A stretch of 64,000 bases of DNA from Rhynchobatus australiae (lineage: Eukaryota), in NCBI GenBank assembly GCA_034780895.1, contig JAUZTB010000071.1, forward strand, positions 14,088,276 to 14,152,275, in the 5' to 3' direction. Positions 39,798-54,166 of this stretch are shown here, in pieces (positions within the stretch are counted from its first letter, which is position 1; every line of letters starts with the position of its first letter). The notes beneath the pieces are model-generated. The model had not been told where the DNA came from, ran no database searches, and worked only from the letters and a program-made list of their open reading frames with translations. The position numbers were made by a program, and so were the translations under genes.

Positions 39798-40290
39798 TTA
39801 ATGTTATGGGGCAATTGTGCGTGTGTGCATCCAGCCTTGTGTTATTTTCAATAATTATTTGAGGTCGGTGAGTGGAGAGGACAGTGTCCGTCCTTGCCCC
39901 TTTCTCTGTAAGTTCCTTATTTACTGTGAATAGCCTATCAAACACATGATGACAGACAGGCTCTAAATCATCTGAAGCTAACTTTAACAGCCACCGCTAA
40001 CTGAGTTTCAATCTGCTGCTCCTGTATCTGCCTCCTCCATCCTCCACCCTTGTTGTCTTTTTTATCCAGAGTTCTCAGTCAGTTCCTTCCTTCTGCCTGT
40101 TCCACACTATGCCTTACTTTGTGGTGGGAGCTACCCCATGATCTCAAGCTGCCATTTGATTCTATCTGTTTTAGCTGTTCATGCAAAATAACTTCCAGAC
40201 TTCCATTCCTTAGCCTTTGGGTAATGACTTAGAAAATGTACCAACTGCCTCACAACAAACAAAAAATAACCTTTCAATCTGTCTTCTCAC

Positions 40291-40460
40291 CTCCTCTGGT
40301 TCAACAAGTTTGAATTCCATGCCTCGGCCAGTCCAAGCAATGAAGTTGGAGTTGGATGGATCGTCCAGGAGGGCCACAAGGAACTGCCACAGCTGCAGAG
40401 AACCCCGGCGTTGGTATAAAGGACCCTCGCGGTATGTATTGATCTCCTGTTTGATGTCAC
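40291..40460 (-). CDS. ETV4: Exon encoding the N-terminal half of the ETS domain
   Basis: 170 nt, phase 1/0, encodes (G)DIKQEINTYREGPLYQRRGSLQLWQFLVALLDDPSNSNFIAWTGRGMEFKLVEPEE. Acceptor tttgacag, donor gtgaga. Contains the psi-KxE SUMO-type motif IKQE. Confidence 0.96.
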
Positions 40461-42014
40461 CTGTCAAACAAACACAACTTTCTCATCGAAGCCACCAGGG
40501 AGATTAACATCGCAATGTCCTACATTGTCATATAACTGCTCTAGTAACTTGCTAGTTGCTTTTAGCTTTGGCTACAGAGCTAGACCATGGGAATTTTTAA
40601 ATTGAGACACCTAGGCTAAGGACAAAGGCACAAGGGCATGACGGATCATGGTTGAAAAGAACACATAGCAGGATAAGATACATAAGTGCAGCATCTGGGT
40701 AACATTTATTTTGGTTGCTTGTTAAATGTGGGAGCATTTAATGTGGGAACACTGATGGATATAACTGGTTCCACTAATTTGATAGCCCAGGAAAGAATAA
40801 TTAAGAGCAGGTCATAACAATGAAGTTGATTTTGTATATTTTAAATGTTTAGGCACTTTACCCGGAAACAAAGGAAATGATGTTGCAGTATAGCAGAAGG
40901 GTGATTTGAAAACAAGGTTGAACAAAGTGAGCTCTGGGAAGGTCTAAAATTAAGAGACAGAATAACTTAGGGAGGAAGTTCCATTTAGTGCTGCCATGGT
41001 AATTAAAACAATAACACGGTGCACAAGAGAAGAAGGGGGCAGTATGTGAAGAACTGGGTGTATGCCTGTGAGAAGTGGGTGTATGCCTGAGGGGTTTCAG
41101 AAGCTGTGAGGGGTTTCAAGGCAGAGAAATGGTGGGGATGGGGCACAGTAATGTTGGTGAAATTTGTCCTTGGTTGCTAACAGTGAACATATGTATATTC
41201 TATTGCTGGCTCAGCTCATCTTCTGCACACTTGATGTCTTTTCAGTTGGTGAAGCTGAGTATTCTTACACGCATAGTAAGCTACTGAGGGAATTTAAACT
41301 GCTGTGGGGTCCAGGGAGTCAGTGCTGGCCAACAAGGATGAGAGTAAACAGTACAGGTATAATGGAGCTCCTGGTAATTATCAAGTTGGGGTTCATTGAG
41401 GTTGAAAGCACAAGGAGACAGTTGGAATAACCTGATCTGGATGTGATAAGGACTTTACGGTTTCCACAATTTTGCAGTAACCTAAGAATTACCACAGCTC
41501 TAGGGCTCTGAGGATCCAAGAGTGCAGATGATAGTCTTGGTGATGGAGAACACGTGGATCATGAAGATCAGCTCAGGGCAGAACCAAGCGCCAGAGCAAC
41601 GAGGTCAGCCGGGCTTGTGATTAAAAATCAGGGCTTGTTTTTTTTCCCCTGGTGTTCAGTTAAGGAAATTGCCAGTATCCCAAGACATGGCCATTAGTGT
41701 TGGAGAGCCAGTAATGGATACCATTAACATGGGAATGGAAACTGACCTCTGGAACTGATTGGAGCAATGGGAAGAGAATCTTCACTAGAGGTTCAATGGA
41801 GAAAAGCAAGGCCAGTCCCAGTAAGCTGGGCATTAAGAGAGACAGTGGAGGAGGGAATGGTGAACCATTTGGGGAAAAAGCAGCACTGCTGAGCACAATA
41901 GGAACAATGTGCATGGTCATGATCAATGAAGACATTTTTCCAAGAAAAATACAGAGTACAAGATTTGATTAATTTAGTGCATAGGTGCAGTCAAGCTTGT
42001 TTATTTTAGTGTTT

Positions 42015-42062
42015 GTCCTTAACCTTTGCTAGTATTAAGTCCTTAATCTTTGCTAGTATTAA
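42015..42062. repeat. 24-bp tandem duplication
   Basis: gtccttaa(c/t)ctttgctagtattaa repeated twice. Confidence 0.9.
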
Positions 42063-45000
42063 CAAAGGACACCAACAGGAAAGCAGATAATGGTTCCATA
42101 AATTGTAGGTGGTTAATAAAGAAGAATGGGAGATGAGTTCTGCCTTCGATGTAGTGAAAGTACAGGAAAAAGTATCTGTGAGAGAAGTTAGGACGAACAT
42201 AATATCTTTTCATCATGAAACCTGCTACTTTCGAGTGATGGATGTTGGATTAGAAAATTATTTGTATATAAACACTTCTTTTAATACTAATGTCTTGGAA
42301 GTAAAGAAACAAATAAAATAAGACAGACCATGCAATGATGGTCCAGTCTGACTAGGAGAAAGTCTGAAACAAATATTTCCCTCATAGTTTATACAAGCCA
42401 GAGAGCTGAGGGAAAAGGCTGACTATTACACAACACAATAGCTATGTTCACACTTCATTGTGAGGCTCCTGTGCTGGATGGTGTTCAGCAAATGGTAATA
42501 AAGTCCATTCCCACTGGAGTCAGGCTGAGCCACTGTTTCCAATGGAAAAGTCACTAGGGTCCTTAAGAGGAAGTGTGCCCAGCCAGGAGTGGCTTGGTTC
42601 GTGAAAGAGCTGCATTAACAGCTTTTACTTGGATCTTTCACAAGTTTTAGATTAAGATTGCGAGAGTAAAAATTATATTCCACAACCTTCATACCTACCC
42701 CTCATTAAGATTGATCATACAGTGCAAATGCACTAAGTAAAAATAAGTTACTATCTGTGTCATAGCCTTTGCCTTCCCAGTACTTCCACAATGACATGAA
42801 TTAAAATATCACAACGACTTAATATTAGGTTTAGGCTGGGCAAGACACTTATTAACCTGAGTTTCTTCAGGGAAGGATTATATTAGTTTACTTGGTATTG
42901 TTTGAACTAGACAAAATTACCACTCCAGGCCATTTATTCACTCATTCCCACAAATTATATTTGATGTTTCAAAGCACATGGTATACATGGAACACAGCAT
43001 TACCACAATGCATTGTGGAGAAAATGGAAACTTCTTGTATTCTGTATTGATTGTGCATGTGATACAAGAATGTACCTACAGAGTTCAATTCAAGACTTCT
43101 AGATACCATTTGCACTAGATTACAGTTCCAGGACAACATCACATTCATATCTGTCATTTTTTCCTAGTTGGACATTCTAAGCAGGTCCCATTCCAGGAAA
43201 GGAGAAATAATACTGACATTTCTGCTGTTATCTTTCCTCTGCTGCTTTCATACATGGCTAAACACTGTATCAGGTTACTCATAACTTCTTTTCGACTTAA
43301 AACTAGCTGATAATACCACAAGATAGGTTCAAGTAGTCCACAATTCTTTGATTCCAATTCATCATTCATGACTCAAGTTGCAAATCCTCTGCTCCTCATG
43401 TCATTAGATCCACCACGTCCTCGCCAACCATCAAATACTTATCTATACTAATCCCATTTATCAGCACTTGGTGTATGGCTATGGCAATTCAAGTGCTTGT
43501 CTTGATATTTCTTAAATGCTGTGAGAATACCTGCCTTCCTCTGGGTGAAAAAATACTGTCTCACATCCCCTCTAAACCTCCTACCTCACACCTTAAATCT
43601 ATGCCCCTGTACTTTTAGATATCTCTGCTGTGGGGAAAAGTTTCCTACCATTCACTCTATTTATGCCCCTTATACTTTTGTCTCCCTCGATCAGGTTCTC
43701 CCTCAGCCTTCTCTGCTCTGAGGAAAGCAAAGCCAATCTGTCCAGTCTTTTATTATAACTGAAACTTTGTTCTTGGCTGAAGAACTAGTAGAGTGTAGAG
43801 TATATTGGTGACATTAATGGAACCACAATGATTTTTATTTCCATTTACATGAGTGTGATGGTGAAAACTGACCCCCCCCCCAAAAAAAAAGAGATGAGAA
43901 TTTTGTATAAAATATATTTATAAAAAGAGCATCAAAGGGGGAAGAGGGTTGTGCTACAACTCAAACTGCATCTCAGGCCACCTCTAAATGTTGCTCTGGA
44001 AGAAAGTACTGACTGAAGGAAGGGAAAGGGAACTTTGAATATGGACAGAATCCCACAGACAAGTCCTGGAACGTGTTGGTGTTTCTACCCTTTGGTTGCT
44101 AAAGCTGAGGGTTTTTAGAGGGTTCCTTTTGTGTCCCTCCTAGAGGTCAGCATTGCAATATAATTGCAAGGAATTGGAGCTGTAAATTACAGCGGAGTTG
44201 ATTGTTATTCTTCCTGCAGGTTCCAACTTAATGCATTAAGGCTTCTGGAGGTGGCTTGCAGCACATCTGGAGACAGAGACCCTGACCCTGATTCCAAGAA
44301 AAAAATCCCTCAGGCAGGTGTACCAAGGTCTTGCAACAATGGAAAAACTGGGTAAGGGAGCATTTGATCACTCTAGGTTGCCTACTTGCGGTACCTGCAG
44401 AGGATTGCACAGTGTAATTGGGGCATTACTGTAGTGACATCCAGCAAATCAGCTGGGCAAGCCTTCCTGTCCCCTGAGTGTTATCACAGAGACATATGAG
44501 TGCAGTTTCCTTCAAATAAGAAGAGGCTCCATCAGCTGAGTCTCTGCAGAAGAGAGAATGCGAGTGCTGGCAAGCCACAGCTCTCAGGCTGCCACCACTC
44601 TGTGTGCAACCCAATGACCACATGAGTTGGCAGGATCCCTGCTGGCAAATCTATCTATGCTCATTAAGTAGGCGGGGGTAAAACTAACTGGCTAAATCAA
44701 CAAATTGGTCCCAATGTGCTTAGAAATGACTAACTAATGTGTTATGGTCCAAGTAAGCACATTCTGAGGTTGGCTTAAGCCTAGCTGTTGTTGTTATTGT
44801 AGCTGCATGGGTTGGTTCCCTAAGTTGGAAGATGCTTCTAAATTCCTACCAGCTCTTCTTATATGATACAGATGACCCCGGTGTTACAGCAATTTGGGTG
44901 ATGGAAATTCACCCTTACAGAATTCACAAATCACCACCCAAAAATATGGGATACAGAATAAAAATATGCTCTTATAAAATTTACATGAAGAAAAGTAAAT

Positions 45001-46904
45001 AAATAAACACAAAAAAAATTTTTTTCAACTCGCATTTCTTGATGTTTGTGCAGATGTCATGGCTTTGCCTTATGGAAAATTGTGAAACAGACCATTTTCT
45101 AGAAACACAATCCCCATCAGAAAGCAGGGCTTGCCTGTACTGTGATACCAAGGTTAGAAAATGCTCCAGAAAGAATAACTATTTTCCTTCTTTTGAAACA
45201 TTTTAATTAAAGATGTGGTCACACTTTTATAACTATTATACCACAACTTACCAATTGAAAAGCGACACCTTCATATAATTGTTTATTGTCAAATATAATG
45301 GACTATTTGCAAAGTGCTGGACTAAATACATTTTTTTTTAATTGATGGATTCTCTGAATTGGATTGGTAAGAAAACACTTCCAAAGCACATTTGAATGCT
45401 CAAGCCATTATCAGTCATCAGCTAGTTGAAGGCACAGGTCTCACTTAATTGAGGAAACACAGTCTACTGCCTCATGTTAATCAAACCAAGGAACAGTTAC
45501 ACTGAAATATTCAGATTAAACTGCCAGGAATTTTTCTGTAACTGAAGGGTTTTTCTTTTCATCAATATGATGCTTTCTTTTTTCTCCTCCAATCCCAGTT
45601 AGTTCCAGATATCCCCATACGATTGCATAAAAATATATTTTAAATTTAAATTTATATTTATGTTCTGTTAATACATTGATTTATCATTTTCAGCAGAAGT
45701 TATGGAGCAAAATTGTCAAATTCCCCAAATATAAAAATAGAAATCAAGCCCTGCTTATATTGTGACTTTGCTGTATATTCTTGTTTTATCTTTCCAACAA
45801 CACACGAATTGCAATGTATTTATTCAAAATTAATGGCATTAATCAACATCAGGTGAAAAAGCACCTGCAAAATGTATTCTGTCACAACTTTGGCTTTGCA
45901 TCATGACTCTGCTTGATACAAATTCAACTCCGAAGCAAAGTTGAACTGAATCCAGATGGTCCTATGGGTTATCTTTAAGAATATGGAACTTTTCATAGCC
46001 ATTTGAGACCAGTGAGTGGAGCTCTGTACACATATTGAAATTCTAGTTGCTTTCTCCTGAGTAGTGTGAGTGGCCAGTGAAAGGTTAAGGTAGTATCATT
46101 CAGTAAAAGTAACTAGTATCAATATGGTGCCCTAAATGCAGTAAAATTTCCCAAGGTACTCCACAAGAAGGATTATCAAACAGAATTTGACACCGAGCCA
46201 CATTAGGCAATATTAGGAGTGGTGACTAAAGGTATGGATATGAAGAGGTAGGTTTTTAATCGAATGTCTTATAGGAGGTGAAAGAAGTGCAGAGGAAAAG
46301 AGATTTAGGGAGGGAATATCAGAGTACATGACCAGGCCAGGTAAAAGCAAATGAGCAATCGATGAAGCTATAAAAATTGATCCACTGTAAAATCAGATAC
46401 TGTGGTAGATACACCACAAGATTAGAACCAACAGTTGATAAACATTGAGGACTTGAATGAATAAAGAGTTCATGTAAACCTTGTCTATGTGCTATGAAAA
46501 ATGTGCACCTTAGTATAAGTACGGCATTCAACATCAGAGCCTCTGGAAGAAATTGAGCAACCAGGAGAAGCTTTTCAATTTCCTTGGATCTGGGAATGAG
46601 GAGTTGAGGGTTTAAATTTGTCTTTAGTGTCTGGTGCTAGACAAGTTCATGCCTTGTGCATCTCATGTGCAGAATAACTGCACTACGGACCTCTGACCGC
46701 TGGTCAGGTGTGGAGGAGAACACAAAGTCTGATTGATATTCATGCATGCAATTAGCCCTAATGATCACAGACTAATATGTTGAATGAATATCACCTGTTG
46801 TAAAATGTAAACACTGTCCATCATAAACCTGAACTTTTGGTTGTCAGTTATTTTAAAACATTTGTGCACTATTCATCTGATGTTATGCAATGAAAAGTCC
46901 TAAC

Positions 46905-46973
46905 CTTCAAGTTTGTCAGGAACTACAGATGCATCATCGCTATAGGATCTCAGCTGTTTCTCATATGAAAATC
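46905..46973 (-). CDS. ETV4: PEA3-family pre-ETS exon
   Basis: 69 nt, phase 1/1, encodes (G)FSYEKQLRSYSDDASVVPDKLE(G), similar to human ETV4 YEKPLRPFPDDVCVVPEKFEG. Acceptor attccag, donor gttag. Confidence 0.92.
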
Positions 46974-49264
46974 CTGGAATATAAAGAACAACAATTAATA
47001 ATATTATTATTGCATGCCTCAATCCAATAGCTTGTCCAGAGCACCTCATCTGAACAACAATAGTTGTATGGTTAAAAAAAGCCATCTTGGCTGAGGTATA
47101 TACTGAGATCAGATTCATGGTAGCACAATGGTACAGTGTTGTTATATTGATTTTTGGGTCAGTAATTTATTCTGTAATGTGATAGAACTCAATTTACTAT
47201 TTGTTGTGTTCAAGCAGATGTATTGTTCAACTTTGAAAAGTTGAGTGCTGGCAATTTGTACAACCACTTACACTGCTCAGAAGTCAGTGACAAGAACATT
47301 CCTGGGTATGTGGATAGATGGAATTAAAAAGGAATGCTTTAAAATTGTTGACAATGTTCTTCATTGGACATTAATGGGATTAATTTTTACTTGATTGCTA
47401 AGATGAAACAAATGAAAAGGAATATTAAAAGGTTAGTACAACTACTGGCTGATACTACTGCACCTTATCAGCATCAACAGCTGTAGATGAATTACCTACT
47501 TACATTTTCAAGGGGGGATCCAATCTAACTGAAGTGCATATAAATTCAAAAGAATGTGAGAAGCTGAAATACTAAACTCAGGAGAACATAAGATGTCTTC
47601 TGAATCTGTAGTCTAAAAATGGAAGTTGAATCTGCAGTGTTGTAATTGTGTAATAAGCACTTCAAAATATACCTCTGAGGCTTCCTTATTCATTTGCACC
47701 CATCTTTTTTGGCTTAACTTTAGATTTCTACATCCCAGATTTTGCTAACTACACCCTTCATACTTGTTTTACAATTGCAACAGTCAGTGATATCCAGGAA
47801 TTTTGTTCTATTTTAATACCTATTTTGATATTGAATTTTTTTAAAGGGTTATGGCAAAAGGACAAAATGAAACAAAATGATTCTTGGGAACAGGCCTATC
47901 TCAACAAATAGAGACACCGTATGCTATAAAATGTTACCATTTTAAATGAAACTTAGAAATTCCTCCTCAATTCCAGATATAAAACCAGCTGCATATTATA
48001 CTCTAATTCCTAAAGTCATTTCTATTGACTTCAAACGTAGATAATAAAAGCTGTACTGTGCATGTATGTGCAACTGAGGACATTCCCTTCCTTGCTGTAA
48101 AAGGATCGCTAGTCTCATAATATCTGAATTTATGAGTTGATCATAGAAGACCTAATTTTGCTTATAGTGCTTTGTCAGGTATCTGTGCTAATTGATAAAT
48201 CAAGCACATTTTCTTCAGGGACAGAAGCAGATCATTCTGCACTTCAAGCCCATCCTTCAGTTCAATTAGATCAGGGCTGAACTGTACCTTGAATCCATTT
48301 ACCTGCTTTTCTTCCAAGTCCCTTGATGGTCCTACCCAATAAAATTCTATTGATCTCATTCTTAAAAGTTCAATAGAACCAACATCCATTGGCTCTGGGG
48401 AGAGTTCCAAGTTTCCACTACTTTATGCATGCAAAAATAGTTTCCAATTTCTAAAGTGCTTAACTCTAATTTTAAGATTATGCAGCTTTGTTCTGAACTC
48501 TTTGGCCAGAGGATGTACTCTCACTATGTTCTACCATTTTTACCATTATCTGGATTATAGTATTTTCTGTATTCAACTTGTTTGAACTAATAAGGGGAAC
48601 TAACAGCATTTACCATCATTACATTGAGATCCCAACCTAGTGAATCTGCAATATAGGACTACTTGCATGCTTAACAGCACCAAGCATTCTCAGAATCAAA
48701 TGCAAGGTCTGCAGCCCTACTACACCAAGCATGGTGGTGGGCAATTAAACAGCTAATGAGAGGAGGGGGCTCCAAGAATAAACTCATCCTCAATGATGCT
48801 CGGGCCCAGCATGTGAACACTTGAAGGCTGAAACAGTCACAGCCAACAATGCCAAAGAGATGATCCATCTCAGCTTCCTTGGAGATCGATCCTCAGTCTC
48901 CAACCAAATCAATTCACTCCATGTAACCTCAGTAAATGGCTGAGAGCACGGGAAGCAGCAATCTAGCTGTAGTACTGAAGACTTACATTTGAAAACCAGC
49001 TGTGTCTCTGGGTACTTGAAGGAGACCTTTGTCACCCAAAGAGTGGTGAATATCTGGAATACTCACCTGAGAGAGTGGTGGAAGCAGAGTCCCTGACAAC
49101 ATTTAATAAATGTCTTAACAAGCACTTGAATTGCCTGGACATAAAAGACTATGGACCAGGAGATGAAAGATGGGATTAATATGAATGGGTGCTCACTGGT
49201 TGATGTGGACATGGTGGGCTGAATAGCCTGTTTCCATATGTATGTCTATATGACTCTATTCAAG

Positions 49265-49720
49265 CCGTTCCACTGGGCTGGCATCTGTCCAGCAATGTGG
49301 AAAATTGCTCTCATATGCTTTGCTCACAATAAGTAAGACAAACCCAATCCAACTAATCCAACTGCCCAATAGGCCTACTCTCAATCATCAGCAAAGTTAT
49401 AGAGGCCATCAATCACAATGCTTTCAAGCTGCACTTACTCACCAATCACCTACTCATTGATGCCTAGTTTGTGTTTTCCATGAACACTCAGCTCCTGCCT
49501 CATTGCAGCCTTTGTTCAAACATGGATCAAGAAGAGGTGAATTCTGGACATGAGATGGGAGAGACTGCCCCGGTCAAAAAGGCAGGATTTAACCCAATGT
49601 GGCATCAAGGCACTCTGGTGGAAACTGAAGTCAATGGGCATCAAAGGGAAAATACACCAGTGGTTGGAGTCACATATCACACGAAGGAAGATTGAAGTGG
49701 TTGTTGACAGTACTTTCCAA
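49265..49720 (+). mobile_element. CR1/L2-group LINE RT fragment
   Basis: PIGLLSIISKVIEA ... WHQGTL..KLKSMGIKGKIHQWLESH, frameshifted RT motifs. Confidence 0.7.
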
Positions 49721-51784
49721 AACGCAGTAACCACCAGTTATATAAATCAATAGCTGAATTGCATTCAATTGCACATGGCCAACTAACAAAAAAATTACAA
49801 TTCTGATGAAAATGATGGAAATGAATTGTTGTATTCTGATTAAAGTTCAATAAGTTGAGTGTGTCCCATCCTGGCAATTAATGGACAGTGATTAATTGAT
49901 TAATAAATTAAGGATCTAAGGGAGTCAAAGGATACAAGGATAGCGCAGGAAAGTGGAGCTGAGGTAAAAGATCAGGTCAGATTGGCCTATTCCTGTTTCT
50001 TTTTCTTATGCCCTATTAAACCATCAGATCAACTTGAAACTTCAGTTGTTTCTATAACATTATTCTCCATCTCTTGTCTGCTGAAGAATAACAACTCACC
50101 ATCTGGTGTCTGCGCAATTAGGGAAGATCTACGTTTAGACCAAAGAAAGAAATTTCAGATACCCAGACTAAAATTCCTGCAGGATCTTGATTAATTGACA
50201 GGAAGCATAGGCTCACGGGCCAGGTGCCTTGAGGCAGGGGAGACAAGTTACTCTGAGTCCAGAAAGGTTAACTCCAGGGTTGGAAGGGAAACAGCTTTGG
50301 TGAAATAAGTTCAGTGAGCCTTGTAACTACAATATGTGGAATAGGTAGTCAAGGCTTGAGGCAGGAAATTAGCTGCTCCCTTGACATATTAGCAGAGCCT
50401 CTATGAGGTCACTCAGGGTCATAGGTGCAAGATTCAGTGGAGTGAAATGGTTTGTAAAATGCTTCACTTTTACTACTACTGTCAGCTATTTCTCCCAAGG
50501 CCTTTAAGAGAGAGAAGCACCTTCATCTGAAAGCAACTGTCATTCTTTGTTCACTGTATTTTTAAATTTATTTCTTTAAAGGTTTTACCTAAAATCTAAT
50601 GTTGGCACAAATTTGTCAATGAATGCAATGGGTTGATGATTGAAGTTATGACAGTCATTTTTATCATTATCTTTCATGCAGTCAGACTCAGCAATTCCAT
50701 TGGAGTAATTTGTCCCAGTGTGGCCATTAACAGAAATATAATAAAATCTAAAAGGGGTTATTCAATGTGATACAGAACTTTCCTATCCTTCCTCTGCAGG
50801 GTTACAACCACTGTATAATTTTTGTTTCTTATGTAATTAATCACTTCCAGATACCTTAGCGGATAATATTGGAATTAGATGAAAACAGTCTTAAAGAGAG
50901 TGAGAAACTTATCGCTAATACTCCTCCTTTCAAGACACACATAAATTCTGGCTGCCCAGTTTGTTGGCATTTAACGTAGGACTGTTTTTAAATCCTTGCC
51001 TTTCAATTCTGTATTAAATGTTCCTACTTTCTTACAATATTTTAGATATTAACTAAAAAATTGTAACCACTGAACTAAGCCAGTTATAAATATTAACTGA
51101 TGTATAGATTATCGTTGATTTTTTCTGTAAACAAATACCCTTGAGTAAACCAAAGGAATATTTTGTCAGCAGTAATGTTGATCTATGTACAGTGGAGGTT
51201 CACTTATACGCTAAATTTACCTTACNNNNNNNNNNNNNNNNNNNNNNNNNNNNNNNNNNNNNNNNNNNNNATCGTATGCTGACACAAATGAACTCCACAA
51301 CTCAATTTAGGTCCAACTCAATCTGTTATCTGTATTATGTGGGTTTATTTCTATGTCTAGATTATTGCCACTCCATTCATAGAAGTCCAAAGTGTGTTAT
51401 TTTCCTTACCATTTATCAATTTATATTATACACTGGGGTCCAACTCCACTGGAGTAGATAATGAGAGGTTCTGCTGTAACAATTTTAAACAGATAACCAG
51501 TCTAAAATCATCGTTGATCATAGAATGTCACATTAGGATTCAAGCTGTATTTAGCACTGTTGCTTGTGGGTGGTTACTCTGCAGAATGATTATAGGAACA
51601 AAACTGCAGGCATTTTGGACATCAGCTGTAGGATGCCAAGCCGGTGAGTGGAGCACCTCTGCCAGCTTTTCATCAACATTAGTGCCAGGTAGCCAGGCTT
51701 AAAGCAAAACTCCTGCCAACATCAGAATGGAACCAGTGTGACACCTTTTTGGCTCATAGTCAGAATCCAGATATGCCGAAGATC

Positions 51785-52360
51785 TTAGAGCTATAGAGTC
51801 ATATGACACAGAAAAGGCCCTTTGACCCATCATGTCCATGACAACCATCAGCTATCTATCTATACTAATCCCATTTACCAGCACTTGGTCTGTACCTTTC
51901 TATGCCTTGGTGATTCAATTGCTTGTCTAGCTATTTCTTGAATGTTATGAGAATACCTGCCTCTATCACCATCCACTCAGGCAGTGCAGTCCAGATTCCA
52001 AGCACCCTCTGGGTGAAAAAGTTCTCCTCAGATCCCCTCTAAATCTCTTTCTCTTTCCCTTAGGCCTATGTCCTCAAGTTTTAGATACCCTGGCCATGGG
52101 GAAAGGTGTCTCACTACCTCCTTTATCTATGCCCCCCATAATTTTGCTTGACTCTATCAGATCACTGCTGAGTCTCCTCCTCTCCAAGAAAAACAAACAC
52201 CCTTTCCAGTCTCTATCCAGTCCCTATTCAGTCTCTTCTCAGTACTAAAATGCTCCATTCCAGTAACATTCTTGTGAATTTCTGTGCACCCTCTCCAATA
52301 CAATCATATCCTTCCTAGAGTTTGGTGACCAGAACTGTACACACTACTCCAGCTGTAGCC
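51785..52360 (-). mobile_element. CR1-like LINE 3' fragment
   Basis: ggtgaccagaactgtacacactactccag (LEYCVQFWSP reversed). A related copy lies at 43400-43760. Confidence 0.7.
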
Positions 52361-53559
52361 TATGTTAGAACATAGGACAGTACAGCACAGGAACAGCCCT
52401 TCAGCCCACTATGTCTGTGTTGACCATGATGCCAATTGAAACTGCACATTTGCCTGCATATGGTCTATATCCCTCCATACCTGGCCTATTCCAGGGTCGA
52501 TTCATCTAGCAAATACGAACTGATCTCCTTAAAGAGTGTTGGACAATAAAACATTATGTCCCATCAGGTGAAACTTTACATGGTGGCACCTCATAGAGAT
52601 TTATGTGTGTGGTACTGATAAAGGAGCAAACTGCGTTTCTGACCAAACTGTATGCCAGCTCTCCAAGGAGACTTGTATATGATTTTATCAAACACCACTA
52701 TTTATGGTAATATCTAGACTCGTTCTGAATCCACTGAATTATCCTTTTGGAGACTGAAGAAAGCCAAGCAGCATAAGGAGGTGTACTGAAGCTGCTGCTC
52801 AACATTTAATGTTCTCTTTTATATGTTTAAAAATTCCTCTGAAGCTCCATTGGTAAATGTCTTGTTCATACAGAAATGAACTGGACTAGGTCTGTGCTGA
52901 GTTGGCTGGTCTCTGCTCAGGCAGTGGTGGAGAAAGTACAATGGTCTCATTGAGACTGAGCCAAGGAGGGGAACAAGTAAGGTCAGAGTTCCTGCTCCTA
53001 GTCTCTTCCTGGTCTTTTGCAAATGTAAAAGGAATCAGCCCCAGCTGTGATGGGCTCTCATCATCAAACTGTTTGCCAACTCTCACCCTTTAAGACGATA
53101 CTCAAAAAATAACCGCATGATCTTTGATCATGTGAGGCTAATCCTTGGGGAAGGGAGAAGTTTGGAAAAATTTTAAACAACTACATATCTTCAAAACAAA
53201 ACACAACTGGTTGACAACTAATCAAAAACTCACATTGGTATGCCAAATTCAAAAAGCAAATTCACAAATGACTGATATTCAGTCAGAAGATTCATCACCC
53301 CATGTCTCTAATTTTGTAAGTTAATTTCATTGCATTTCTTCATCTATGCCAAAGCACTGCAACAAATATAACCTTATTTATTCCAGTGCTTAGACCAGTA
53401 TCTCCTTCAATAACATATTCACGTTAAATTTTATGAAGTGTTAGACATTTTTTAAGAGACAAAACATCGCAAATACTGTTGAATAAATTGAAAACAATGC
53501 AGTTCAGCACCTTACAATGTTATTGTTCAGGTACATGAGATGGTGCAGAGTTTGGGTGT

Positions 53560-53885
53560 CGCAGGTAATGCTGCTGTCTCAAGCACAAGCAACTCAGGTT
53601 TGATTCTGAACTCTGGTGCTAATTGTGTGGAATTTATGCACCCTGTGACCATGTGGGTTTCCCCTGGCTGCTACAGTTTCATTCCACATCCCAAAGACAT
53701 GCTGGTATCAGGTTAATTGGCTGCTATAAATTGCCCCAGATGAACGGGGTCATAGCAGAATCAGGGGTTGGTAATGGGCATGTGTGAGAGAATAACGTAC
53801 AGGGAAATGTGGGTGATTGAGGATGATAAGACAGCTCTGAGAACTGGCATGGACTCGATGGACTGAATAGGCTTCTTCTATGTCA
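53560..53885 (+). mobile_element. V-SINE-like element with CR1-type tail (HE1-like)
   Basis: ggtttgattctga B-box-like, tgtgggtttcccctgg..ccacatcccaaagac, and tail ggcatggactcgatggactgaataggc. Confidence 0.65.
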
Positions 53886-54097
53886 AAAGGAAACTTGAAA
53901 ACCCACTGTGGTCGATGTGACTGCTCCCAATATAAATACACTTGTGCAGACAATGCAGACTCCGGATTAGACTCAAATCCTGAGGACAATCCATTCAACT
54001 TACACTGTTGTACACTGCACATCAGTGAAACAGCCATTCTGATTTTAGAAGTTAATATTCTTACAAAACAGTCAATCTACTGACTCTGTGATTTTAC

Positions 54098-54166
54098 CTT
54101 CGGGATTGCTGGACTGAGTAAGATAACCTTCATTAGGCACGTACATGGAAGGACAGCCAGGAATAT
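54098..54166 (-). CDS. ETV4: PEA3-family central exon
   Basis: 69 nt, phase 1/1, encodes (D)IPGCPSMYVPNEGYLTQSSNPE(G), similar to the DV.GC.SMY...EG exon of ETV4 and ETV1. Acceptor tctttcccctag, donor gtaaaa. Translated by hand. Confidence 0.88.
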
